From Heptranchias perlo (taxonomy: Eukaryota): a stretch of DNA of 64,000 nucleotides. Shown in pieces: positions 12,850 through 24,325 of this stretch. Location of the stretch: the NCBI RefSeq assembly GCF_035084215.1, contig NC_090330.1, positions 102,858,001-102,922,000 of the forward strand, written 5' to 3'. The translations under genes and the position numbers were made by a program. The notes below the pieces were generated by a model. It made no database searches. It was not told where the DNA came from and saw nothing but the letters and a program-made list of their open reading frames with translations. Position 1 is the stretch's first letter, and the number at the start of each line of letters is the position of its first letter.

Positions 12850-13180
12850 CTCCATGGCCTAACCTCCACTAGAACCACCCCTCCCCCAAACTCTCTGCTT
12901 TTCTGACTCTAGCCTGTTGTGCACCCCTCTCTAATTGCCCATCATTGGCGGCTGTGCCTTCAGCCGCTTAGGTCCCAGGTTCTACAATTCATTCCCTAAG
13001 CCTTTTAAACTCATTTATGACCCATTTAGGGCCCTGTTTGAAACCCAGCTCTTTGGCAATCTTTTGGCCAGCCCTCCTGATACCTTCTTTGGCTCGGTGT
13101 CCATTTTTTTCCGTTGTGCCTCTTTGACGCACCTTTGGACATTTTTCTATGTTAAAGGCGCTATATAAGTGCAAGTTGTC
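12850..13180 (+). mobile_element. L2 LINE 3' end, degenerate
   Basis: PIIGGCAFSRLGPRFYNSFP motif and tail GTTAAAGGCGCTATATAAGTGCAAGTTGT. Confidence 0.75.
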
Positions 13181-14178
13181 ATTTTTATTGTTTAAAACTG
13201 ATATTCTGCATCTTGGCCATTCTGTCGCGAGAGTTGCTTAGCAGAGATTGATGACTTCCTCGGAGCAAGGGGAAAGTAAAATCCGAGGGTGAGTCACCAT
13301 AGGCCGCACTAACACATTTGCCAATGGCTGGCTCTGGTCTGGCGCTGGCAGATAACCTGGAAACAGGTAGCTTTCCTGATAGCTGCCTCCTTCACCAAAG
13401 GATGGTGAATGGTATACGAAACCCCAGTTGGAGGAAGCATGTATTAAAATAAATCAATGTAATGCTACTGTGGGAAGAAAATACACCTTAGCAGAGATTG
13501 GGGTAAGCTCCAAGTGGTTTGAGTAAAAAAAAATCCTGGCAAGACTTTGTCATCATTCATTCAGCAAGGCAGGTTGGGGTAGAGTTGGAAAGTCGACAGT
13601 TTTATACAACTTCCAAAGTCAGCCTCATAAATTGCAAACAGAAACTGAGGCACAACAGTCTCATTCAATGACCGCATCCATCAACTAAGAAATTGGAAAT
13701 TCCAGTAAGTGCACTGCCCTGTTTTGTGTTGTATCCAACTTGTATCCTTTGCCATATTATGTTTCTGATTTGCTCCTTGGGTAGGAACCCACTGTAAACA
13801 GAACTTAACTAAGATATGTTCTGGACAAATATCTTCGATAAATAAACAGGTACACTGAACCGCAAGGTTTTCTGATGCATCCCCTCACGTGCAGTTTTCA
13901 GTCCAAGATGCTGCTTTTGTACCTGATGCTGCTGTCACTTCCCTCTCAAAGGCTTTTCAAAGTCAAGGCTGTCTTCCATTACAAGTACGATCAGTATAAA
14001 CCAAAAAAATAAATAAATGAAACACTCAGCTTGAGAAGATGCACTTCATTGACAAATTCTGAACTTGAGTTATTTAAGTTGTAACCGGACAGCCCAGGAG
14101 ACGCTGGGGAATTGGAGATAAATGGGCCTACATTGAAGGATTTGATTTGGGGGTTTCTGCTTGAAACAGCACTATGTA

Positions 14179-14370
14179 TTCAATAGCTTTGGTACAGTGC
14201 AAATTGATTCTTTCAATCGGTCTGATACCTTCAATTTCCCTGGTACAGTTGAGATCAAGTCCTTCAGTTGGCTCGATATCTTTAACATCCCTAGTACACT
14301 ACTGATGGAGTTCTTAAATTGTCCCAGAGTCCTTCATTTACTGGAACTGTACAAATTGTCTCTCTTGCCA
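14179..14370. repeat. Degenerate 51-bp tandem repeat, about 3.7 units
   Basis: Units start TTCAATAGCTTTGGTACAGT / TTCAATTTCCCTGGTACAGT / TTTAACATCCCTAGTACACT at 51-nt spacing. Confidence 0.55.
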
Positions 14371-14846
14371 CTATGAGATTACAGTCGCGCTACTGGGAGT
14401 CGATATCTTTTTTCATTCTGGTCTTTATGCAGGGTTTAAAAGTTGCAACTTGGGCTCAAACAAGCAGCAGCAAACTCTAATTTGCTGTCAGTGCTGTCAC
14501 GTGTTACAGACTCTTCACTCAATCAGGCCTGACTCTTCTCAATTGAATTTGAACATACATCGCTGAGCCAATACACTGTGATTGAATTACGGATATTGTA
14601 CAAAATGGAGCTGCAGTTGTTCAAGGTGCAGAGTGGTACAGAATGTTTCGCTGTCAGCAGAGAGTTCATTTCAATCTGTGTAATATGATCATTATCCATA
14701 GAGAGCTGGAAAGCCAGCTGCCAAACATAGCTGTGCTACGCTTTCTGAGAACATGGTCTCCTGCCTGTATACGGTTAGCTACTGATCACTGTGCTTTGCA
14801 CGTGTATGAAAGGTCACTCTTGGTTTTCAAGCCTTCTTCATAGGTA

Positions 14847-15704
14847 TACCTCACAACCGCCTCCCTTGACCCCTCCACTGTCTCTCATTTGTCACATTAC
14901 TTGTCTGACGTCCAGTACTGGATGAGCAAAAATTTCCTTCAACTCAATATTGGGAAGACTGTTCCCTAGCCACCAACTCCATCCCTCTCCCTGGCTACTG
15001 TCTGAGGCTGAGCCAGACCGTTCGCAACCTTGGCGTCCTATTTGACCCTGAGATAAGCTTCAAACCACAATTTCGCTCCATCACCAAGACCACCTACTTC
15101 CACCTCCGTAACATCCCCGTCTCCACCCTGCCTCTGCTCATCTGCTGCTGAAACCCTCATCCATGACTTTGTTACCTCCAGAGTGGACTATTCCAATGCT
15201 GTCCTGGCTGGCCTCCCTCCATAAACTTGAGCTCATCCAAAACTCTGCTGCCCGTATCCTAACTGGCACCAAGTCCCGTTCTCACATCACCCCTGAGCTC
15301 GCTGACCTCTAATGACTCCCTGGAATGCCTTGATTTTAAAATTCTCATCCTTGTTTTCAAATCCCTCCATGGCCTCGCCCCTCCCCATCTCTGTAACCTC
15401 CTCCAGTCCTACAACCCTCTGAGATCTCAGCACTCCTCCAGTTCTTGCCTCCACCATTGGCGACCATGCCTTCAGCTGCCTAGGTCCTAAACTCTGGAAT
15501 TCCTTCCCTAAACCTCTCCACCTCTCTACCTCTCTCTCCTCCTTTAAGATGCTCCTTAAAACCTACCTCTTTGACCAAGCTTTTGTCACCTGTCCTAATA
15601 CCTCCTTACATGGCTCGGTGTCAAATTTTGTTTGATAATGCTCCTGCGAAGGGCCTTTGGACATTTTCTTACGTTAAAGGCGCTATATAATGCAAATTGT
15701 TGTT
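14847..15704 (+). mobile_element. 5'-truncated L2 LINE with 34-bp flanking direct repeat
   Basis: Encodes WMSKNFLQLNIGKT, VRNLGVLFD, AETLIHDFVTSRVDYSN, IQNSAARIL, HITP; tail with (TTG)n; repeat at 14813-14846 and 15705-15738. Confidence 0.92.
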
Positions 15705-16169
15705 GTCGCTCTTGGTTTTCAAGCCTTCTTCATAGGTAGAATCACACATCGTAGCTGCAGGAATAATGCCTGAGTTTTAAATCCATTATGTATGTTCTTT
15801 AAATTGTATTGTTTTGCTAATGACATGAAGGGTTGAATTTCATCTATTTTCCTTGAGATATATCTGCTTATGTCATGGAAATCATTTAGTTGAACAATTA
15901 ACGGGAAAACAGAGGAGCAACTTAATTCTGGTTTAAAAAAAAATTAAAGCGTTTGGTATCAGATTTCAAATGCTTAGTATCAAGTGAATTAATTTTAAAC
16001 AGTTCTGCACTTGTTGAACCACCTTAGCTTTTCAAGCGTGCAAAACACTATTATTTTTCACGCGGGGGAATCTATTTCTTTGCCACTGTGGTGAAACGTG
16101 GTGTGTGCAGCATTAACATATCCACACAGGTGCACCTGTGACTCCACAAGTTTATCCAGTGTGTGTACA

Positions 16170-16525
16170 CTTTGTAGTAAAATAGCCAGGAAAGTGCCAA
16201 GTTTGATTGCCAGTCTTTTCTGAGTTAGGTCTCAATTATAGAAGTGTCACAACTGCCCTCAGCACCCCTGGATTAAGGAGGGCAAAATAGACCCACTCCT
16301 GTTTGCTGTTCAGCAACCCTAATCAGCAGTGTGAGTGTGTGGACGTTAGCTGAAAACAGGATCGAATTTACTTGTGAAGCCCTTTCCCCTTTCCATGATC
16401 CAATAACCTGTGAATATTCACTGTCAAGACTGACCGAGCAACTATGACCATTTGAGTGTGGAATCGGAGTATGTCTGGTGCCTTTGGAACTGCGCGATTA
16501 CTAAGGGGTCAGAAGAGGAAAAGAC
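16170..16525 (+). mobile_element. Old tRNA-derived SINE (second family)
   Basis: CCAGGAAAGTGCCAAGTTTGATT...CTGAGTTAG...CCTCAGCACCCCTGG...GTGTGGACGT...ACAGGATCG blocks. Confidence 0.55.
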
Positions 16526-16529
16526 ACCC

Positions 16530-17003
16530 CCACGCAAACTCTATCTTTCCCTCCCCCCGATCTCTATCTGTGCCCCCTGCGATCTCTATCTCCCCACCCC
16601 CCCGTGATCTCTACCCACCCCCGCCGGAATCTCTCCCCCACCTCGTGATCTCTTCCCCCCCCCCCCCGGCGCGTTCTCTTCCCACCCCCACCCCCGCCAT
16701 CTTTCCCTCCCTCCCTCCTCGCTGCCACGGTTCGAGACGCACCCACCAACCCCCGATCTTCTCCATTTCCGGGGACTGGCGCCAGTGCTCCCCGACTGCG
16801 GCTTTCTACAGCTGGCTTTCCCGCCCGACAGCGGGCCAGCCTTCAATCTATCCGGCTGCCAGGCGGGAAACAGGATAAAAACATTCTAATGCGGCCCTGT
16901 CGTTAAATTCAGCAGGACCTCCCCCTTCCTGGTATTTCCGGGTTTTCTGGCCTTTGATATGAGCCCCCGCTCCCTCCCCACCTCCCCGTAAATATCAGGA
17001 CCA
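16530..17003. mobile_element. GC/C-rich non-autonomous DNA transposon fragment
   Basis: CCCCCGATCTCT micro-repeats and TIR-like end GTAAATATCAGGACC; related to 7425-8054 and 33802-34479. Confidence 0.5.
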
Positions 17004-17040
17004 TCCAAAAATATTTCTCCATGTTAAAAGAGGAATACAT

Positions 17041-17223
17041 GATGGAACTTTCAACTTAGGCAGGAGTGTAAAACAGATGATATCTGATCCACCGCCCATT
17101 ATACAAGCCTCCAGATTTTCCTTTCTATTGACTTCAATGAAATGAAAATGAAGCATGGTGTATATTGGGTGGCTGATCCGATACCATCCATTTTATACCC
17201 TTGCTGCAGTTGAAAGTTCCGTC
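17041..17223. mobile_element. Palindromic Harbinger-like MITE, TSD CAT
   Basis: TIR GATGGAACTTTCAACT / AGTTGAAAGTTCCGTC (15/16), arms complementary along the length, central ATTGACTTCAAT palindrome, CAT on both flanks. Confidence 0.8.
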
Positions 17224-17262
17224 CATATTGCTTGAAGTGGTTCTGAGGCAAATGTTTATACA

Positions 17263-17700
17263 GTGTCAGTCATGGCTCAGTGGGTAGCACTCTCGCCTCT
17301 GAATCCGAAAGTTGTGGGTTCAAGTCCCACTCCAGAGACTTGGGCCTATAATCTAGGCTGTGCTCTAGTGCAGTACTCGGAGTGCTGCACTGTCAGAGGT
17401 GCCGTCTTTCAGACGCGACGTTAAATCGCGGCCCTGTCTGCCCTCTCAGGTGGACATAAAAGATCCCATGGTACTATTTCGAAGAAGAGCAGGGGAGTTC
17501 TCCCTCGTGTCCTGGCCAATATTCTTCTCTCAACCAACATCACAAAAACAGATTATCTGGTCATTAACTCTTTATGGGAGCTTGCTGTGTGCAAATTGGC
17601 AGCCTTGTTTCCTACGTTACAACAGTGGCTACACTTCAAAAGTACTTCATTGATTGTAAAGTCCTGAGATCATGAAAGGTGTTATATAAATGCAAGTTTT
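17263..17700 (+). mobile_element. DeuSINE (SacSINE1-like), near full length
   Basis: A-box TGGCTCAGTGG, B-box GGTTCAAGTCC, Deu core, tail TATATAAATGCAAG. Confidence 0.9.
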
Positions 17701-18602
17701 TTTTTGCATTTGAGGTGCCATCTCACTAGATTGCACTGTTTAGGTCAAAAAGACTATTCAGGATGTCTGGAATAACATCTGCTGTGGGTATTTTATCATA
17801 AAATGTACATTTTAATTAGTTCTGCATCTCACCAAATGCAGTCCTGTTCCCAAGCAGAAGAGCTTCACTATTGAACCACATAAATGATGTTACAGATGAG
17901 AGAAACAGAAGGCAGGATGTGTGTCTGGGGAAAGCAGGTTAAGGAGAAAAGAAGGTTGATGCTTTGTCTAGAAACCAGCAACACCTTAATAATGATAGAC
18001 GTGTACTTTCATGTCCCACTCTGCACTGTTTCGGTTGCTGTTTGTGTCATAGGATTTTTAAAAAAAATGTAGTATGATATAGGATATATCTTTACAATCT
18101 GTAAGAATCATAAAGGATTGTGTTAGATATTATTTTAGAAGTTTTTTTTACACATAAAGTTGTATTGTTGCTTTAATTAGCCAGTTTCAGTAGCAGATCT
18201 GGATCCTAGAATGCTGCATTCTACCATCATTTCCAGAACTGCCATATCTGTTCGCACTGAAGCTGAGGCTACAAAGGTTTATGATGCACCATTTTATATG
18301 GGACAGTTGTTCTACTTCAAAAATAGTTTTTTGTTCCTCTCACCTAGTGGTGATAGGAGAAGTTGTCAGGCTGTTTGCATCACCTGTATACAAACACTAC
18401 ACCCTTTGAAAAGGATGGCGTTGCCATGGTACATTGTTGTTAAAAAAGGACAGTTGTCCTACTAGAGTTGAAATTCAAAAGGGGGACTTTCCGCATCAAA
18501 ATCTTTTTTTCAAAAAAATATCAAGTATGAAGAATGATAGAAATCCAAAATCCTTTGTTTCGTTCTCGTTAACTTTTTGTTGAAATGTCTTTCAAGGACA
18601 TC

Positions 18603-20460
18603 AAGGGAGAAAATTGAATATGAGAGTTAACTAGCTAGAAATATAAAAACAGATTGTAAGAGCTTCTACAAGTATGTAAAAAGGAAGAGATTAGCAAAAG
18701 TAAATGTGGGTCCCTTAGAGGCAGAGACAGGAGAAATTATAATGGGGTGTAAGGAAATGGCAGAGACATTAAACAAATATTTTGTATCTGTCTTCACAGT
18801 AGAAGACACAAAAAACCTACCGGAAATAATGGGGAATCAAGGGTCTAATGAGAGTGAGGAATTTAAAGTAATTAAGATTAGTAAATAAATGTACTGGAGA
18901 AATTAATGGGACTAAAAGCCGACAAATCCCCTGAACCTGATGGCCTACATCCTAGGGTTTTAAAAGAGGTGGCTGCAGAAATAGTGGATGCATTGGTTTT
19001 GATCTTCCAGAACTCCCTAGATTTTAGAATGGTCCATGTGGATTGGAAGGTAGCAAATCTAACCCCACTACTAAAGAAAGGAGGGAGAGAGAAAAGAGAG
19101 AATTATCGGCCAGTTAGCCTGACATCAGTAGTAGGGAAAATGCTAGAATCTATTATTAAACACTTAGAAAATCATAATATGATTGGGCAGAGTCAACACA
19201 GTTTTATGAAAGGGAAATCATGTTTGACAAATCTATTAAGAGTTTTTTTAAAGGTGTAACTAGCAGGGTAGATAAGGGGGAACTAGTGGATGTAATATAT
19301 TTGTATTTTCAAAAGGCATTTGATAAGGTGCCACACAAGAGGTTGTTACACAAGATTCGGGCTCATGGGATTGGGGGTAATATATCAGCATGGATTGAGG
19401 ATTGGCTAACGGACAGAAAATAGAGAGTAGGAATAAACAGGTCATTTTCGGATTGGCAGGTTGTAACTAGTGGGGTGCCGCAAGGATCAGTGCTTGGGCC
19501 TCAGCTCTTTACAATCTATATCAATGACTTAGATGAAGGAACTGAGTGTAATGTATCAAAGTTTGCTGACAATACAAAGCTAGTTGGGAAAGTAAGCTGT
19601 GAGGAGGATGCAAAGGGGTATAGACAGGTAAGTGAGTGGGCGAGAAGGTGGCAGATGGAGTATAATGTGGGGAAATGTGAAATTATCCACTTTGGTCGGA
19701 AGAATAGAAAAGCAGAATATTTTTTGAAAGGTGAGAGACTAAGAATTGTTGGTATTCAGAGGGATTTGGGTGTCCTTGTACATGAATCACAGAAAGTTAA
19801 CATACAGGTACAGCAAGCAATTAGGAAGGCAAATGGTATGCTCGCCTTTATTGCAAGGGGGTTGGAGTATAGGAATAAAGAGGTCTTGCTGCAATTATAT
19901 AGGGCTGTGGTAAGACCACACATGGAGTACTGTGTACAGTTTTGGTCTCCTTACCTAAGGAAGGATATACTTGCCTTAGTGGGGGCGCAACGAAGGTTCA
20001 CTAGATTGATTCCTGGGATGAAAGGGTTGTCCTATAAGGAGAGATTGAGTAGAATCGGCCTTTATTCTCTGGAGTTTAGAAGAATGAGCGGTGAACTCAT
20101 TGAAACATATAAAATTCTTAGAGGGCTTGACAGGGTAGATGCTGAGAGGCTGTTTCCCCTGGCTGGAGAGTCTAGAACTAGGGGTCATAGTCTCAAGATA
20201 AGCGGTTGGCCATTTAGGACTGAGATGAAGAAAAATTTCTTCACTTAGAGGGTTATGAATCTTTGGAATTCTCTACCCCAGAGGGCTGTGGATGCTGAGT
20301 CATTGAGTATATTCAAGACTGTGATTGATAGATTTTTGGACACTAAGGGAAAGTGGAGTTGAGGTAGAAAATCAGCAATGATCTTATTGAATGGCGGAGC
20401 AGGCTCGTGGGGCCGTATGGCCTATTCCTGCTCCTATTTCTTATGTTATTATATTCTTAT
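18603..20460 (+). mobile_element. 5'-truncated CR1 LINE (HER1-type) with disrupted reverse transcriptase
   Basis: NYRPVSLTS, FQKAFDKVPH, GVPQGSVLGP, FADNTKL (catalytic DD changed to DN), LYSLEFRR; stops and frameshifts; tail CCTGCTCCTATTTCTTATG. Confidence 0.96.
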
Positions 20461-20684
20461 CATATGAGGAACTGGATTGGAGGAGGCACCGAACATGACA
20501 GAGGGAATGAGCTCCATTAACATCAGTGGAGATACTCATTACACCAGAAGTGATTCAACAATGGTCTCATTTCAACTATCTGCTTGTGTATGCGTGTGCA
20601 TGCGAGGACTAATTGACCGCCCTTGACTGTCAACTTTATATATGCCTTAAAGTCAAGTGAAATGAGTTTCAGCGAGGCACTGAT

Positions 20685-21235
20685 GACTTAAAAATAGGCA
20701 GGTTTTCTTTTACTGTGGTGTTCCAACACATTGTTTAAGCTTTTGGAAGATGGGTCCCTTCCATCTTTAGGACGTGACAATTCTGTGCTGAGAACAGAAT
20801 AGTGAGGAGTCAAAATGGCATGGAACAAGGATCTTTGGCTGAGAATACAAACATACAGAGCATTTCTAAGCAAAACTAATGAATTATGAGGTCACCAGTG
20901 TGTAATTCACAGAAAAGGTGCCCTGTTCGAGGTTGCATCCCTGAGTGCTGGTGACATTATTGTTTTTACAAATTTTGAAATGTTTTTTCTTACCAATTAA
21001 TTAACTCTAGATAGGCAGTTATTGATACTAACTTTATAGGGATGATTGGTACCAATTTATGATCCTGAAGATGGGAGATGCACATCTTCAGAAAGCTCTG
21101 CCAAAGTCTCAGAACATTATGTAAAAGGAAATCCATTTGCATCTCAATCAATGTTTCAGAACATCACAGTAAGCGTAAATCCGCCAATATCTCGACCAAT
21201 GCGTCGGAAGAGGGAACCTGCCTATATTTGTCATC
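20685..21235. repeat. Old inverted pair of hammerhead-like (Penelope-type) termini
   Basis: 20688-20782 is a diverged reverse complement of 21053-21235; both carry CT(G/A)AAGA-T-stem-(G/A)AAAGCT. Confidence 0.5.
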
Positions 21236-21647
21236 ACATTCGGTATTTAAACAAACATATTCAAAATAGAACAGTAAACAAGAAGGATTTTAAAAATATT
21301 TTTTATTGTTTCATGCAATTCTTGCAGATAAGGTTCACTCGTTAAAGCTGTGCTTATACTTTAGCTGGTGATCTATAGATAGGCAGCTATAATTTCCACT
21401 CACAGTCAGCAGCACCTTGTTTATACTGACTGGCTGTGAATCTGGCTCTCTGCTCCAGCCTGTAAATTTTAAATGTATTGAGCGCAGGGTGGGAATCTGT
21501 GCTTTCGTCTAACTTTAATAAGCACCTGCGGATGCAACTGACAGCCTGCTCACTTTTTAGACTAAACTCGCCACCGCACTAGTCATACTCATGTATTATT
21601 ATCTAGCCAAAACAGTGTGAGGTGGCCTCTTCCAGATCTCCTCTCTG

Positions 21648-22165
21648 GCCTACTCCTGTTCCTATGTTCCTAGGTTTCATTCAGCCCCTTGAGCCTGTTC
21701 CGCCATTCAATTACATTATGGTCGATCTGTATCTTAATTCTATTTTCTGGCCTTGGTTCTGTGACTCTTACCTAACAAAAATCTATCAATCTCAGTTTTG
21801 AAATTTTCAATTGACCCCCAGCCTCAACAGCTTTTGTGAGGGAGAGAGTTCCAGATTTCCACTATCCTTTGCGTGAAGAAATGCTTCCTGACATCACCCC
21901 TGAAAGGACCAGCTCTAATTTTAAGGTTACGCCCCCTTGTTCTGGACTCCTTCAGCAGAGGAAATAGTTTCTCTCTATCTACCTTATCAAATCCTTTAAT
22001 CAAAATAAACACCTCAATTTAGATCACCCTTTAATCTTTTATACTCAAGAGAATACAAGCCTAGTCCAAGCGATCTGTCCTCATAATTTAAACCTTTCAG
22101 CCCCGGTATTATTCTGGTGAATCTGTGCTGCACCCCCTCCAAGGCCAATATATTCTTCCTGGAGT
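21648..22165 (-). mobile_element. CR1 3' fragment with terminal 30 bp inverted
   Basis: ORF 21824-22012 KGFDKVDREKLFPL...RKHFFTQRIVEIWNSLP; 21648-21677 is the tail in the opposite orientation. Confidence 0.88.
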
Positions 22166-23679
22166 CAGATCAGGACCAAACATTTAAGAAGAGGAAACCG
22201 CATAAGCGGCATTTTATCAGCTGACTAAGAAATTTAAGGAACAGTGTAGACTTCAGAGTTGCAGATATCATGCTCATCGTTGAATAATGATGACCATGAG
22301 GAAATACACGGTGGGAGAACAGAGCCCAACTTTTAAGGGCAGCTTTTCTTTCATCTAAGGTTTGCTGCGCCATTCACAATTAAGCTTGAAACACTGCGCA
22401 GAAAGGCTCAAGGAAGAATGTATATTTCCCCTCCATTTCGGGCAAGGTAAATACCTGTGACAGGCAGCTTCATTAGATAGCCACAGACAATTGGCATGTA
22501 CTTTGCTGGTTAAATGGAAGGCTTTTACTGGAGGGCTCACTGTGACCTCAGATCAATTACAGCTGACATCAGTGTTTGTTGTGAGCTTCTTCAGGATATA
22601 ATAGGGGAGCAAGGCTGCCGTGGCACGGAAAATGCAATTTCCCTCCTGTTTTTTTTTCGCTTTCAGACTGCAAACTATAAATCATTCTCTTGAAGAGATA
22701 ATGAAGCAGCAAACGGATGCAGCTTTAATTCTTGTCAGGGGAAATCTTCAATATTTGCTGAAATAATGTGATGGTGGGGGGGTGTTGGGGAAGGCCAAAG
22801 GCTACGGGTTAGAAAAACTGCCCCGATTGGAGGCTTCAGTGCGGAGAAAATGATGAATGACGCTGAGTTGTTTGAAGAGGAGGAGGAGGAACGGGGAAAA
22901 AGAAATAATGTAGAAAAAATGTAATTGATTTGTTTCTGTATAACAAGAGGACGGTCTGTTTGCTCAGGAGTGTCTGAGGTCTGTTGGTTAATTCAGTGAG
23001 GGTTGCAGGTTTGCTTACCTAGTAGATAGAAGGCCAAACAGAGACTTGTTTGCTCTGAAGATTGCTCAGCCCCATGGAAACTATTACTCTCTAGCTGGAA
23101 AGGAAGAATTTGTCAGCGAGTAACAACAGGCTGTTACATAGAAGAGGTAGAATGTACTGTGGAATGGGATGTGTGCCACAAACGCACCTTGCCAAGCTGA
23201 TTTTAGAAATAATGGTTGGAGCTGCTCAATGGAATCTGTGGCTCATCTAACTGAGTATGCTGGCATTTCCACTAGAGAGAGGACCACATACTAGCCTGGT
23301 TTAAGTTGGTTCATTGCAGATTAGTGCCATTTGCTGTAGTTAGTTTTGAAGATCAAAGACTTGCTATTGGTGCCCTGTTTAAAAATCAAATAGATAAAGG
23401 ATTATTAGAAATGCAATGATCTTTTATTTTTCCAGCCTCTATTCCTGTTGTATTTTTAAATCAAATTTTCTTTTCCTCTGTCGAATTTTTAAACAGAGGA
23501 TCAAGTACAATGAAAGCAGGAGGTTTCATATCATAAATCATACATAAATGATCATTTACCATGTACAGAGATGCAAAAGAAAAAAGGTGTAAGACTTAGT
23601 AACAGTACCCACTTGAATGTTTGAACTGAGACACCATAATGACTCCAGACACACAAAGATGTTACAACACAGAAACAGG

Positions 23680-24325
23680 CTATTCGGCCCAACCGGTCCA
23701 TGTCAGCATTTACCCTCCACGTGTGCAAGTACCATAGAACCATAGAAAAGATACAGCCCAGAAGGGGGCCATTCGGCCCATCCTGTCCGTGCCGGCTCCA
23801 AGAACAACCAGGTGCCCATTAGTCCTAATCACACTTACCCACCTGTTCCCATATCCATGTAACATCTTCTACTACCAAATAGCCAATATAATGTTGATTG
23901 TTGACATAGTTTCTGCCTCAACCACAGATTCTGAAAGTGAACTCCACAGGCTCACGATTCTTTGTGCAAAGACATTTTTCTTGCCCTCGGTTCTAAATCT
24001 TTAACCTTGTATCTATGGCCCCTCATTCTAGACTTTCAACTAATGGAATCAGTTCGCTCTATGTATTCTGCCCATCCTTTCATAATTTTAAACTCTTCTA
24101 TCATTTTGCCCCTTAGTCTGCATTGTTTAACGCAAAAAAGGCCCAATTTTTCAATTCTTTCTTTGGACTTGTATTTCGTCATACCAGGCAGCATCCAGGT
24201 GAATCTGCATTTTACCCCCTCAATATCGTTCCTGTACTCTAACTGAGGTCTCATTAAGGTTTCATACAGGCTCATCATTACTTCTTGGCTTTTATATCTT
24301 ACACCTCTTGTGATAAAACCTAATC
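23680..24325 (-). mobile_element. CR1 fragments (two tails plus ORF2 piece)
   Basis: Minus-strand LYETLMRPQLEY...RIEKLGLF...RLRGKMIE; tails ACAGGCTATTCGGCCC and CATAGAACCATAGAA. Confidence 0.75.

Noticed and set aside
14179-14370. CRISPR-like array
   Set aside because: Eukaryotic context, degenerate units without unique spacers, and no cas genes
16456-16878. Pro/Gly-rich ORFs here and at 7354-7784, 34107-34431 and 57037-57602
   Set aside because: Stop-poor frames inside GC-rich non-autonomous transposons; no recognisable domain
18706-20248. ORFs as an active reverse transcriptase gene
   Set aside because: 5' truncated, with stops and frameshifts, and catalytic FADD changed to FADN
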